DNA of 64,000 bases from a virus (taxonomy: Duplodnaviria; Caudoviricetes). The position numbers and the translations under genes were made by a program. The notes below the pieces were generated by a model. That model did not search any database. It worked only from the letters and a program-made list of their open reading frames with translations, and had not been told where the DNA came from. The stretch is taken from IMG/VR virus record IMGVR_UViG_2744054895_000002, positions 1 through 64,000 of that record; one strand, given 5' to 3'. This document shows positions 17,696 to 27,453 of this stretch, one piece after another; the stretch's first letter is position 1, and each line of letters opens with the position of its first letter.

Positions 17696-19528
17696 GTGGG
17701 CCTGCGCGAGCTGATCACCGACGTCTGGAGCTGGCTGGACTACAAGCCAGTCATGGCCGACCCACGCCGACCGGGCCGCAATGCTTGGGCAGAGTTGACC
17801 TCATCCTGGGTTCCTGACGAGGACCTGCGGCGCCTCGCCGCCTACCGCTTGCTGGCAGCGTACGACTCCAACCAGGCCGGCCAGGTCGCCGCGATCACCG
17901 GGGACGACGAAGCCGGAACCGAGCGGCGCGAACTCGGCGACGCCTCGAAGCTCGTCGACACCGCCCTCGGCTACCTCCTTGGCTCCGAGCAGACCATCAC
18001 GGTCGCGGGAGCGGAGCACGCCGACGATGAACCGACGGACGAAGCCGCCATGGCGCTGGCGGTCCAGGACAAGCTGAGGGCGTGGGCGGAGAAGGAACTG
18101 CTGCCACTGCGCATCCAGCAGGCGGAGCGGACCGCGATCCTGCTGGGCGATGCGGTCTACAGCCTCGCCTGGGACCCGGCGAAGGGCCGAGTCCTGCTGC
18201 GCACATGGGACCCGGGCCTGTACTTCCCGGAGTGGCCGGAGGACGGCGAGCAAGACGGCGCTGAGTTCCCCATGCGTGTACACCTGGCCTGGGAACTGCC
18301 GGAGGACAAGCGCCGCGGGCTGAAGGCGAGGCTCCGGCGGGTCACTTACGAACTCGGGCCGATCGGTCCGGCCAGCCGACGCGGCACCGCCAAGAATGGC
18401 AGCGTCGTGCGCGAGTACATCTACGCCGACGACGGCGAACCGATCCTCGTCAAGGGCGATTCCCTTAGCGGAGAGACCGGTGTGATCACCCGAACCTACC
18501 CGTGGGCTCCGAACCGGCCGACCCCGTGGACGTGCTACCTCACTGACGCCGAATGGGAGTTGGACGACCTCAAGTACTCCGACTTCCTCTACGAACTGCC
18601 CATGCACAAGGCCACCTATCGAGTCCGATCGGACGGTGAGGTTCTCGATCGGCTTGACCTGATGGTGGACTTCATCCCGCTCGTCCACGTCACCAACTCC
18701 ATCCCGTCCAGCGGTGAGCACTGGGGAAAGCCGACCGTTGCCACCGTCCTCCAGGCCCTGGACGAGCTGTCCGCCACCGACACCGACAGTTCCGGCGCCT
18801 CGGCCACCACCGGCTCGCCGATCATCGGCCTGGCCGGCGCTCGGCTGCCCATCGACCGGGCCACCGGCCAGCCTCTCCCGGTCAAGGTCCGGGCCGGGAC
18901 GGTCTGGCAGCTCAACGACAACGGGCGCATGGATGTCCTGGACACCTCTACCCAGCTCGCCGAGTTGCGTGCCCGCGTTGACCACATCCTCGACCGCATC
19001 GCGGCGAACAGCCGTCTCACCGCCGCCGGCCTCGGCACCCTCGACCCCACCGCCCTGCCGTCGGGCTACGCTCTGCAACTTGCCTTGGGTCCGCTGGACT
19101 CGCTAGTCGCCGCTATGCGCCTGGCCCGAACCCACAAGTACGCCGTCCTGCTGCGCATGGTCCAGCGACTCCACCAAGCCGGACAGGCCGAAGGATGGCC
19201 CGCGGGGGAGTCCCTGCCCACACGTCTCATCTGGGGCCCGCACACCCCGACTGATCGCACCGCCGTCCTCGACGAGGTGGTTAAGGGCGTCGGCGCTGGA
19301 GTGCTGTCCGTGGAGACCGGCGTCCGCATGCTGATGGACGCTGGCTACCCAATAGACGACGCCCAGGAGGAGATCGAGAGAATCCAGAAGCGGGCCTTCG
19401 ACGCAGCTGCCCGTCTTGCTGACGCAACTGGGGACAACGGGGCTGTCCGTGCATACCTCGGGCTGCCAGCAGCGGACTCGGAGCTCCCGAAGACGCCATT
19501 GATCCCCGCCGAAGCCCGCGACGAATGA
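17696..19528 (+). CDS. Portal protein
   Basis: ~610 aa between terminase and scaffold; FIPLVHVTN and SGYALQLAL portal-like segments; GTG after GGAGGGG. Confidence 0.75.
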   Translation: MGLRELITDVWSWLDYKPVMADPRRPGRNAWAELTSSWVPDEDLRRLAAYRLLAAYDSNQAGQVAAITGDDEAGTERRELGDASKLVDTALGYLLGSEQTITVAGAEHADDEPTDEAAMALAVQDKLRAWAEKELLPLRIQQAERTAILLGDAVYSLAWDPAKGRVLLRTWDPGLYFPEWPEDGEQDGAEFPMRVHLAWELPEDKRRGLKARLRRVTYELGPIGPASRRGTAKNGSVVREYIYADDGEPILVKGDSLSGETGVITRTYPWAPNRPTPWTCYLTDAEWELDDLKYSDFLYELPMHKATYRVRSDGEVLDRLDLMVDFIPLVHVTNSIPSSGEHWGKPTVATVLQALDELSATDTDSSGASATTGSPIIGLAGARLPIDRATGQPLPVKVRAGTVWQLNDNGRMDVLDTSTQLAELRARVDHILDRIAANSRLTAAGLGTLDPTALPSGYALQLALGPLDSLVAAMRLARTHKYAVLLRMVQRLHQAGQAEGWPAGESLPTRLIWGPHTPTDRTAVLDEVVKGVGAGVLSVETGVRMLMDAGYPIDDAQEEIERIQKRAFDAAARLADATGDNGAVRAYLGLPAADSELPKTPLIPAEARDE

Positions 19529-19575
19529 GCTGAAACTCCAAGTCTCATAGGGGCGCGTAGCCGATAATCGTGCGC

Positions 19576-20550
19576 ATGACGTCCCACCGTCGCTACCCCG
19601 GCATAGCTCAGTTCCCTCGACCAGTGCCTGTGGACGTGGAGGCGCTGGGCTTTTCCTCAGGAGTGACGATCGGAAGTCACCAGGCCACCATGACTCTGCC
19701 AGTCGTGGAGGGTGACGCCCGGCGCACCCCAGCCCCCGACTGGTTAGGGAGGCTGGACAGACTTGTGGCACCGCCTGGCGTGGCAGGCGAGCCGTTTCCC
19801 CAGGCGCTGCGGCGGGATTTCACAGATGTATGGGGGTTCCGCAGCACGCAGCGTATCTGCTACGTCGAGGCCGTGGCCATTGCGCCGATCCTCGGTCTTG
19901 AGGAAGACGAGCTGGCCGAGCCTGTTCGCGATCTCGGCAATCACTTCTTCAGGTGGTTCCGAATATTTCAGGAATGGGCCTGTGCCTGGAGTGGTGAGCC
20001 GATGCAGGACTTCGATCCCAACCGTCCTTCCGTGGTCCATGTTCTAGATGAGAAGGGGGTGATCACCAGCAACGGTCCGAGACAGCGTGGTGTGTACGTC
20101 TGGCCAGAGCCCCTCAACAAAGCCCAAGTTGCTGGTGCAATGAGGCGCGCTTCAGCTGGAGAGTGGTTGCCGCCTGAGCATCGCACGCTCCTCGATGCGG
20201 TCGAAGCCAAGGTTGGGGGAATGCCCCGCAAGGCAGTGATTGACGCGGCTACGGCAGTGGAGGTCGCGCTGGCTGGATATGTCACCCGCGAACTCACTAG
20301 CAAGGGCATCGACGCTTCCTTCATCGATGAAGTAATCAAGGGCGTCAATGGGTTAGTGAATCTGCACAGCCTCTGCACGGAACTCGACGCGAATCCGGGA
20401 GTGTCCAAGAATAAGCTGGGCGCGCAACTCGCCAACGTTAGGAACAGGGCTGCGCATGCCGGAATAGTTCCCACGCGGGACGAAGAGGTGGCCGCCATTG
20501 GCCATGCAGCAACGATCGTGCACGCCATTACACCTCTACCTGAGGCGTGA
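19576..20550 (+). CDS. C-terminal HEPN-domain protein (moron, possibly leaderless)
   Basis: AVIDAATAVEVAL helix and Rx4H motif RNRAAH; GATAAT 7 nt before the ATG, no SD. Confidence 0.65.
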   Translation: MTSHRRYPGIAQFPRPVPVDVEALGFSSGVTIGSHQATMTLPVVEGDARRTPAPDWLGRLDRLVAPPGVAGEPFPQALRRDFTDVWGFRSTQRICYVEAVAIAPILGLEEDELAEPVRDLGNHFFRWFRIFQEWACAWSGEPMQDFDPNRPSVVHVLDEKGVITSNGPRQRGVYVWPEPLNKAQVAGAMRRASAGEWLPPEHRTLLDAVEAKVGGMPRKAVIDAATAVEVALAGYVTRELTSKGIDASFIDEVIKGVNGLVNLHSLCTELDANPGVSKNKLGAQLANVRNRAAHAGIVPTRDEEVAAIGHAATIVHAITPLPEA

Positions 20551-20704
20551 TGGAGCCGTCCGCTCTGTTGTCCAACACCTCAGGTCGCCACCCGAAGTGA
20601 GCTGCCAGCCCGAGTTACGGCCCCATGAGGAAACGGCCCAGTCCGGCTGATCGCTACACTGATCACCGGCGCGGGGGCGCTGGAGACCTGTGGATGGTTC
20701 ACAC

Positions 20705-21391
20705 ATGACGCGCCCCTCGCATCCCAATCCGCTTGCGCCGGTTGGGCACCGCCGTGACGGACGGCCGATCTACCCGATTCTCGGCGCCTCCTCGGAGGAC
20801 GACTCCAACAAACCCGAAGGCGATGGCGGTACCCCCAATGGTTCCGTCACGCAGGAGGACCTGTCGCGCCTGCTGGCCCGTGAGAAGACGCAGGGCGGAC
20901 GCGCGGCCGTCAAAAAGCTGCTCGGCGAACTCGGCTTCGACAACTCCGAGGCGCTGACCGAGTTCATCACCACCAAGCGCGACGCCGAGCAGGCCGCGCT
21001 GACGGAACTCCAACGGCGGGAGCAGGCCGCCGACGAGAAGCTGAGGTCAGCCGAGGCCCGCGAGGTGCAGGCCGCAGCCAAGGAACGCGTCGCCATCCGA
21101 CGGGCCGCTCTGGCGGGACTCGGCGCTGCTGGTGACGACCTGGCCGACGCGGTGCTCCTCATCGACCGCGCGCTGGACGACCAGCCTGACGCCGACGAGG
21201 AAGCGGTCGCTGTGGCTGCCGAGCAGTTGAAGGAGCGGCGGCCGGAGCTGTTCGGTCAGAACCGCGAGGGCACACCGCCCGCCCCTGGCGGTTCTCCCGC
21301 CGGCGGCCCGCCGTCGCGCGGCGGTGTACCGCCCAAGCCCGGGGCGGCCGGACTGGAGATGGCCCGGCGTCGAGGATTCGTCACCGGCTGA
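20705..21391 (+). CDS. Capsid scaffolding protein
   Basis: GRPIYPILGA N-terminus, charged coiled coil, Pro/Gly tail; upstream of decoration and capsid genes. Confidence 0.75.
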   Translation: MTRPSHPNPLAPVGHRRDGRPIYPILGASSEDDSNKPEGDGGTPNGSVTQEDLSRLLAREKTQGGRAAVKKLLGELGFDNSEALTEFITTKRDAEQAALTELQRREQAADEKLRSAEAREVQAAAKERVAIRRAALAGLGAAGDDLADAVLLIDRALDDQPDADEEAVAVAAEQLKERRPELFGQNREGTPPAPGGSPAGGPPSRGGVPPKPGAAGLEMARRRGFVTG

Positions 21392-21468
21392 CCAGGCTCA
21401 ACGACGTCATGGCGCACACCATGACCCCACCGGTGGGACAGCCGGACATGGGGACCACGCCCCTCACA

Positions 21469-21534
21469 CCTCCCGTGGACGGTGCCACCGCCAGGTGAGT
21501 ACGCGAATCCGATTCGCTTCACGTCCACGGGAGG
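21469..21534 (+). promoter_or_regulatory. Structured leader whose 13-bp stem covers the SD of the head decoration gene
   Basis: CCTCCCGTGGACG (21469-81) is the exact reverse complement of CGTCCACGGGAGG (21522-34); inner hairpin GCGAATC-c-GATTCGC. Confidence 0.6.
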
Positions 21535-21540
21535 ACGGCT

Positions 21541-21960
21541 GTGACACTCCAGCCCATCACCACGTCGACGTCGTACACCGCCGACCGGGCCTGGCTCGCG
21601 GCGCTGCACGGCACCGACTCCACCGAGACCATCACGCTCGACATGTCGAAGCTGACCGCTGGCACGCACACTGCGGCCTCGACCGACACCACACAGCCGT
21701 ACAGCCGGGTCCTGTCCGGTGTGCCTGTCGGCAAGATCGCCGCGAGCGGCTTGTACGGGGCCTTCGACCCGACGGCTTCCGACGGCCGCCAGAATCTCGC
21801 CGGTCACGTCTTCGCCGAGGTGCTGTTCGCACCGACCGCAACTAAGGTCCCCGCCGCTCTGCTGTGGCACGGGGTGATCGTCGCTGCGAGGGTCCCCGGC
21901 GGCATCGACGTCACGAAGATCACCCCGTCGGTGACCGGTCCCCAGATCCGGTACGTGTGA
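21541..21960 (+). CDS. Head decoration protein
   Basis: SGVPVGKI..YGAFDPTASDGRQ pattern; immediately upstream of the major capsid gene. Confidence 0.8.
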   Translation: MTLQPITTSTSYTADRAWLAALHGTDSTETITLDMSKLTAGTHTAASTDTTQPYSRVLSGVPVGKIAASGLYGAFDPTASDGRQNLAGHVFAEVLFAPTATKVPAALLWHGVIVAARVPGGIDVTKITPSVTGPQIRYV

Positions 21961-21973
21961 GAGGCGGCTGACG

Positions 21974-23029
21974 ATGACCATTCAGGACCTGATCAAGAAC
22001 GTCGCCGCCCGCGACCTCACGACGTTCGCGCGTGCCATCCCGTCGCAGAAGGACCACCTGCTCACCAGGGAAGGCGGGATCATCCCGACGCTGGAACAGG
22101 ATGAGGTGAAGTGGCGGGTCAAGGACAACGGCCGGTACGTGAACGTCGCGAAGTACCGGGCGTTCGATGCCAGCGTGCCGTTCGCCTCCCGCGAGGCGTG
22201 GCAGACCACGCGTGAGGGCATGCTGCCACCCCTCGGGCAGAAGCTGCTCGTCGGCGAGCAGGAGCAGATCCTGTTGGAGGCGTCCCGCGGTGCGGACGAG
22301 GACCGGCTGATCGAGCTGCTGTACGACGACACCGAGCGGCACGTCGAGGCGATCCGCTCCCGAGTCGAACTCGCCTGGGGTGACGTCCTGGTCGACGGCA
22401 AGTTCTCCCTCGTGGCGGAGAACGGGCTGACCACCGAGGTCGACTGGGGCGTGCCGGCGGGCAACCTGCCGACCGCGCCGAAGCTGTGGTCGGATCCCAC
22501 CTCCGACCCGATCAAGGACGAGCTGGCGTGGATCCAGTACCTGGATGATCGTGGCGCGCCGTTCCCCGACATGGTGGTCACCAGTCGTAAGGCGTTCAGC
22601 TTCCTCGCTGCCAACAACGCCTACCGCGCCGCCTACTACGGCTCGGTGAACCCCTCGAACACCCCGACCGCGACGCTCACCCCTCAGCAGATCAACGTGG
22701 TCCGCGACAACTACGGCCTGCCCTCCATCACCTTCTACAAGGGGCAGGTGCGGGTCGACGGCGTCCAGACCAAGGTGCTCCCGGAGGACCGGTGGATCAT
22801 GTTGCCGCCGGACCGAACGAAGTGGGGTCAGACGATTTTCGGCGTGACGGCCGAGGGCCTGGCTCTGTCGCGCGGTACGAACCCGGAGATCACGAAGGAG
22901 GACCGACCGGGCATCATCATCACCCGCGGTGCGCAGGACGACCCGGTCCAGATCTGGACCAAGGGCGCGGCGGTCGGCATGCCCGTTCTGCATACGCCGG
23001 ACGCTCACATCGTGGCGAAGGTGATCTGA
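21974..23029 (+). CDS. Major capsid protein (lambda gpE-like)
   Basis: 351 aa, AKYRAFDA, VDWGVP, DPVQIWTKGAAVGMPVL; position. Confidence 0.88.
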   Translation: MTIQDLIKNVAARDLTTFARAIPSQKDHLLTREGGIIPTLEQDEVKWRVKDNGRYVNVAKYRAFDASVPFASREAWQTTREGMLPPLGQKLLVGEQEQILLEASRGADEDRLIELLYDDTERHVEAIRSRVELAWGDVLVDGKFSLVAENGLTTEVDWGVPAGNLPTAPKLWSDPTSDPIKDELAWIQYLDDRGAPFPDMVVTSRKAFSFLAANNAYRAAYYGSVNPSNTPTATLTPQQINVVRDNYGLPSITFYKGQVRVDGVQTKVLPEDRWIMLPPDRTKWGQTIFGVTAEGLALSRGTNPEITKEDRPGIIITRGAQDDPVQIWTKGAAVGMPVLHTPDAHIVAKVI

Positions 23030-23313
23030 TGAGCCGCCGTCTCGCAGCCGCTGTGCACGTTCAGCACCCGAGCACGCGCGAGTGGATCGTCTTGGAGCCG
23101 GGCGACTCGCCCGACGATGAGCTGGCCGACGAGATCACCAACCCGGATGCCTGGGCGGACGACGGGCCGTCGACCGATTCCGAGGGGCCCGAGTTGGAGA
23201 AGGGCGAGCCGAAATTCTTCGGCTTCACCGCGCCGCCGGAGCCGGAGCACGAGGCCGAACCGACGCCGCCGGCCCCCAGACGGCGCAGGAAGACCGCCGA
23301 CGCTGACGCGTAA
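23029..23313 (+). CDS. Small capsid-associated hypothetical protein
   Basis: TGATG overlap with the capsid stop. Confidence 0.7.
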   Translation: MSRRLAAAVHVQHPSTREWIVLEPGDSPDDELADEITNPDAWADDGPSTDSEGPELEKGEPKFFGFTAPPEPEHEAEPTPPAPRRRRKTADADA

Positions 23314-23330
23314 GAACACGAGACAGCTCA

Positions 23331-23363
23331 GCCCGTCCTCGCCCGACCGGGACGAGGGCGGGC
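23331..23363 (+). terminator. Stem-loop after the capsid block
   Basis: GCCCGTCCTCG..CGAGGGCGGGC inverted repeat. Confidence 0.5.
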
Positions 23364-23384
23364 GACGGGCATCCAGGAGCACTG

Positions 23385-23711
23385 ATGGACCCAATCCTTC
23401 TCGCCTGGCTGCGCGCGCAGCTCGGCACGGCCACAGACGAACAGGATCTCGTTGCCCGCTACGCACGACTCGGCCAAGCTCGCGCCGTCGCAGCCGAGGT
23501 CCTGGCCGAGCGCCGCGCCAAGCTCCTGGCTGAGCCGCTGCGCATGACGGTCGATGGCGTGGTCACCATCGACCAGAGCAACAACCTCGCCGGCTTGGAG
23601 CGCCAGATCGTGGGCCTCGCCGAGCTCGTCGCCCCAGACGATCCGGCGGCGGGCGAGGCGAGCGCGGACCTGGTCACCGCGCCGCTCATGCCGTCCCGTC
23701 GCACAAGGTAG
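23385..23711 (+). CDS. Putative head-tail connector protein
   Basis: 108 aa helical protein after the capsid; AGGAG SD. Confidence 0.6.
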   Translation: MDPILLAWLRAQLGTATDEQDLVARYARLGQARAVAAEVLAERRAKLLAEPLRMTVDGVVTIDQSNNLAGLERQIVGLAELVAPDDPAAGEASADLVTAPLMPSRRTR

Positions 23712-23718
23712 AGCCGCT

Positions 23719-24543
23719 ATGCCGTACGAGTGGCCGCCGCTGGTTCCCGGGGACCCTGACGAGATCGCGCGCCGCGTCGCAGCCGTACTCGAGGAAGCCT
23801 GGCAGCGCCTCGCCAGCAAACAGCGCGAAGTGATCGCCAAGTTCGTGGACAACCCACGGACGCCGTACACCTTGGCGACTCTGGAGGAGTTCAAGCAGTC
23901 GATCCGCGAGTTCCGCAAACGAGTGGATCAGGAAGCCCAGCAGTTCGTACAGCGGCAGCTCCCTCACCTGTACGAGGAGGGCGGGCGCGCGGCCGCCGAG
24001 GCCCTGGGCGTGACCTTCACCTGGACGACGTTCCACCGCGACGCCCTCCAGTCGCTCGCGGCAGACTCCTACGCCGACTTCCTGCGCCGTTCCGAAGAGG
24101 CCGAGCGGATGGCAAACCAGTTCTACCGGGCTGCGCGGGAGGCCGCGCGCCGAGAAGTACCGCTGCTCGCAGCGGGCAACCTGACCGCGAAGCAGGCTGC
24201 GAAGAACCTGGCAGACCGACTCGCCGCCAAGCACAAGCTGGCCCACGTCATTTATCGCAACGGGGCGAGAGTCCCGGTCCGCGCCTGGGCCGAGGCCGCC
24301 ACGCTCGCAAAGTCGGCCGTCGCCTACAACGCTGGCACTCTCAACCGGTCCCGTCAGGCTGGTGTAACGGTGGTCGAGGTCTTCGACGGCCTCGACTGCG
24401 GCTGGACGTCCCATCAAGACCCGGACAAGGCCAACCGGACCTTACGCAGCGTGGAGGACGCAGCTGAATGGCCGATCAGCCATCCTCGGTGCCGCCGCGG
24501 CTTCGGACCTCGCCCGGATGCGGCTGAGCAGAAGCTGCTGTGA
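23719..24543 (+). CDS. Minor capsid / MuF-like head morphogenesis protein
   Basis: C-terminal DGLDC..HPRCRR motif typical of minor head proteins. Confidence 0.75.
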   Translation: MPYEWPPLVPGDPDEIARRVAAVLEEAWQRLASKQREVIAKFVDNPRTPYTLATLEEFKQSIREFRKRVDQEAQQFVQRQLPHLYEEGGRAAAEALGVTFTWTTFHRDALQSLAADSYADFLRRSEEAERMANQFYRAAREAARREVPLLAAGNLTAKQAAKNLADRLAAKHKLAHVIYRNGARVPVRAWAEAATLAKSAVAYNAGTLNRSRQAGVTVVEVFDGLDCGWTSHQDPDKANRTLRSVEDAAEWPISHPRCRRGFGPRPDAAEQKLL

Positions 24544-24741
24544 CGTTCATCGAAGCCGCCAGCGCACATCTCAACGGCGCAAGGAGCCCCAATGAGCCAT
24601 CCGTGCACCGCACAGGGTGCGCCTGCTGACCGGAGGGCGGGCGCTGGGGAATGGCCGTCCCGAGGGTCGCGAAGGGTTCCCCGCGCCATGAGGGCCCTCC
24701 TCTGGGGTTACCGGGGGAGGGCTCTCGCCAAGTGGGCTTGG

Positions 24742-24927
24742 TCAGACCTTGTGACCTTTGGCGTACTCCACGAAGGATGCCCAGGGAGCTGGCAGGAAGG
24801 TCAGGCAGCCGCGGTCTCGATCCTTTGAGTCTCGGACCAAGACCACGGACGAGTCGTTGTCAGCTACCTCGACACAACTGTCGGACTTGGTATATGAGCT
24901 GGTGCGCCACTTCGGTTCTGCTGTCAA
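24742..24927 (-). CDS. DUF397-family protein
   Basis: WRTSSY..CVEVA..VRDSKD signature. Confidence 0.92.
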   Translation of the reverse strand: MTAEPKWRTSSYTKSDSCVEVADNDSSVVLVRDSKDRDRGCLTFLPAPWASFVEYAKGHKV

Positions 24928-24939
24928 AATTGTGGCCTC

Positions 24940-25794
24940 CTAGTTTTCGGACATGCGGTCATAATGGTGAATTGCGGCAAGGATTAGGTCTCTTGCGGGC
25001 TGGCCATAGACGGCAGACTGTCGATGAAACTCGAATGCCTTGCGGTAAAGATCGATTTCCCTCGGCTGCGTTACGGACATCTCCGCAGAGTACGTTTCGA
25101 CCATGACGAGCCGGTCGTCAAACATTGAAAAGCCGTGGCCGAGCCAGAGGGCGAGGGGCGCTGACCGCGGGACGATGCCCAGGCTGAGCCGAGGAAGCGC
25201 CAACACAGCCAACAGTCGGTCGAGCTGTGCCCTCATGACCTCCGAGCCACCGTGGTTCGAGTAGAGAGCCTGCTCGCCAAGGAGCACGTTGAAGATACGG
25301 TTCCCCTCGTAAAGGTACTTCTGCCGTTCGAGACGTTTCGCCACGGCAGCTTCCATGTCGGCTGGCGTATCGTGGAAGTTCGATACCTGATCGAAGACGT
25401 TCTCGGCGTAGTCGGCAGTCTGAATGGTGCCCCAAATCATGTTGGGCTCCCAAATCCTGAACACCTTGGTCTTACGGTAGAGCGGCAAGGACTTCTTCTG
25501 ACGGCTCTCGGCTCCGTCCGCGAGCAGCCGACGCCACTCCATCCATAGCTCATCAATGTGGCGGACTGTCGCGATGAGGTCGCTAGCCTCGGCCTCGTGC
25601 CCGGTCATCTGGCACCAGGTGCGGATGTCGTCCTCGCTGGCGTTCTGCTTGCCGTTTTCGATGCGGGAGACTTTGGATTCCTGCCAACCGGTGGCAGCGG
25701 CGAACGCCCGGCCACTGGTGAACCCCGCATCCTTGCGGAATCCACGCAGCCGGGCGCCCAACGCCTCTCGCGACTCTTGTGCTTGGTTGCTCAC
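24940..25794 (-). CDS. XRE-family regulator with DUF5753-type C-terminal domain
   Basis: LGARLRGFR..WQESKVSRIENG HTH; GTIQTADYA, LGEQAL, VMRAQLDRL; paired with DUF397. Confidence 0.88.
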   Translation of the reverse strand: MSNQAQESREALGARLRGFRKDAGFTSGRAFAAATGWQESKVSRIENGKQNASEDDIRTWCQMTGHEAEASDLIATVRHIDELWMEWRRLLADGAESRQKKSLPLYRKTKVFRIWEPNMIWGTIQTADYAENVFDQVSNFHDTPADMEAAVAKRLERQKYLYEGNRIFNVLLGEQALYSNHGGSEVMRAQLDRLLAVLALPRLSLGIVPRSAPLALWLGHGFSMFDDRLVMVETYSAEMSVTQPREIDLYRKAFEFHRQSAVYGQPARDLILAAIHHYDRMSEN

Positions 25795-25801
25795 TGAACG
25801 A

Positions 25802-26323
25802 TCAGGGCTTGTACTCGTTGTGTGGGATGGACATGTCCCAGAGCAGATCTCGCACACGGATGCACTCAGCGACAACGGCGGGGCTATCGATGATCTGAGA
25901 GCCCAGGACACGCCCCGAGCTGTCGAAGTGCCCGACAGCCAAGAGCTTGTCGTCGAAGAGCCACCAGTCGTTGCCCTCCACAGGGAACACCAGGCCCTCC
26001 GGCAGATGATGACGAGGGAGCCATCGGATGTCCTCGCCGGCTTCCACGTTGAGGTTGGAGGTTGCGCACTCCCACCGGATGTAAGAGCTGTGCGGCTCAG
26101 TGACGACACGCACCCGGCGCACGGTCTTCCCTGACTCGGTGACGCGCCTCATGAGCTGAGTCCACGGCGCCATGAATGAGTCGTCGGCTGTCCCGTTGAG
26201 CCAGCTCTCATATGGGCCCTCCTCGTTGGGGACTGAGTAGTCGTCCCTCAGCTCCAAGTGGAAGGCGTCGTGCGCGAAGCTCTCAAAGAGCCGGTTGCGC
26301 TCGTCGCTGGAGATCAACTCCAC
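25802..26323 (-). CDS. DUF6879-like protein
   Basis: AFHLELRDDY, RRVRVVTEP, AGEDIRWLPR, DWWLFDD motifs. Confidence 0.8.
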   Translation of the reverse strand: MELISSDERNRLFESFAHDAFHLELRDDYSVPNEEGPYESWLNGTADDSFMAPWTQLMRRVTESGKTVRRVRVVTEPHSSYIRWECATSNLNVEAGEDIRWLPRHHLPEGLVFPVEGNDWWLFDDKLLAVGHFDSSGRVLGSQIIDSPAVVAECIRVRDLLWDMSIPHNEYKP

Positions 26324-26702
26324 GCGGTTCCTCCAGTAGCGCGGTGATCGCGGCCTTGGGGACCTCGACCACGGTCTCGTAGTCCGGAATATCCATCGCT
26401 GCAAGGGTCTCGGGGTCGGTCACCTCCCGGCCTTGCACAACGTACGTCCCTCCGGGAGTGAGGACCATGAGGGGGCTCTCAAGGCGCCTGAACTCACCGG
26501 ATGGCAAGCCGTCCTTCTCCAGGTGGTCGAACAGCTCGGTGGGCACCTCCACGGCCGTTTCACCTTCGGGGATGGTGAGCTGCATCAGCAGGTCACTGGC
26601 GTAGATCCTCCATCCCTGGACGAGGTAGGTGTCGCGATCCGTGGCGTAGAGAGTTGGGCAGTCCCCCTGCTTGGAGTCCTTACCAAGGAACCGTAGCTTC
26701 AT
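26283..26702 (-). CDS. Small protein of the type usually upstream of DUF6879 genes (internal duplication)
   Basis: CPTLYATD..YLVQGW; the YxVQG..IPxxETxVEVP unit occurs twice. Confidence 0.75.
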   Translation of the reverse strand: MKLRFLGKDSKQGDCPTLYATDRDTYLVQGWRIYASDLLMQLTIPEGETAVEVPTELFDHLEKDGLPSGEFRRLESPLMVLTPGGTYVVQGREVTDPETLAAMDIPDYETVVEVPKAAITALLEEPRGVDLQRRAQPAL

Positions 26703-26884
26703 GGTTGCTCTCCTGTCCGCTGCCTTGCGCTGATTTGCGCGGCATCACGATGGTTGGTGAGGCCTTCCGGTGGCGTCAACCAGCTTCCTGCAAACTCGCG
26801 CAATCTCCTTGGAGCTTGGCATTGCCGAGGTCTACGGTCGTCTTCACGTCAAGGCCATCCACGGAGAGTGACGAGGGGCCACAC

Positions 26885-27163
26885 ATGGAAAGCGGACAGG
26901 CGAGGCGAGCGGCAGGCGCCAGGACGAGGCGCAGTCTCGGACTCGGGCACTTGGACCACCCCCTGTTGGGCCGCCTCGTCGTGGATCACGCTCACGGTGA
27001 TCGAGTGGGGGTCATGCGAGCTCTTGCGCCTGACGTGGAGGCGCCCAACCCGAATGCAACGATCCCGGGGGCCGAGGCCCGTGCAGTCGCATGGATTGCG
27101 CCGGAGTCGGGGGGTGTGGAGTGGACGACCGATCCCAACTCGATTGAGGGAGCCGCGCAATGA
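26885..27163 (+). CDS. Hypothetical protein divergent from the XRE module
   Basis: ATG after GAGGGG; LVVD..RVGV..AWIAPESGGVEW pattern. Confidence 0.6.
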   Translation: MESGQARRAAGARTRRSLGLGHLDHPLLGRLVVDHAHGDRVGVMRALAPDVEAPNPNATIPGAEARAVAWIAPESGGVEWTTDPNSIEGAAQ

Positions 27164-27453
27164 GATCTTGGCAGTGTGCGGGGAAGGACCTTAAGCGGCG
27201 ACATCAGTTCTATCCGCTGGCGAAGCCCGCTGTGGCCGATGAAGCGCCAATCGGCGCGGCTCCAAGTGTGCTGAACGCGGATGTGCGCGAAGAGCCCTTC
27301 GCCGAGTGGTGGACGGCGTACGGCGGAGAGAGTGACCCTGAGTCGGGAGTGATCTACTTCCCGCCCATCGAATTTGAGCGTTGCCCTTTCGCGTGTAGCA
27401 AATGTGACGGCGAGGAGAATGTGGAGCGCCGCGCATTTGTTGGGTCTATGTAA
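27160..27453 (+). CDS. Hypothetical protein (Cys motifs)
   Basis: ATGA overlap with the upstream gene. Confidence 0.5.
   Translation: MRSWQCAGKDLKRRHQFYPLAKPAVADEAPIGAAPSVLNADVREEPFAEWWTAYGGESDPESGVIYFPPIEFERCPFACSKCDGEENVERRAFVGSM

Noticed and set aside
24679-24687. Minus-strand GGCGCGGGG copy
   Set aside because: No TANNNT at the expected distance and no credible downstream gene; treated as a chance match.
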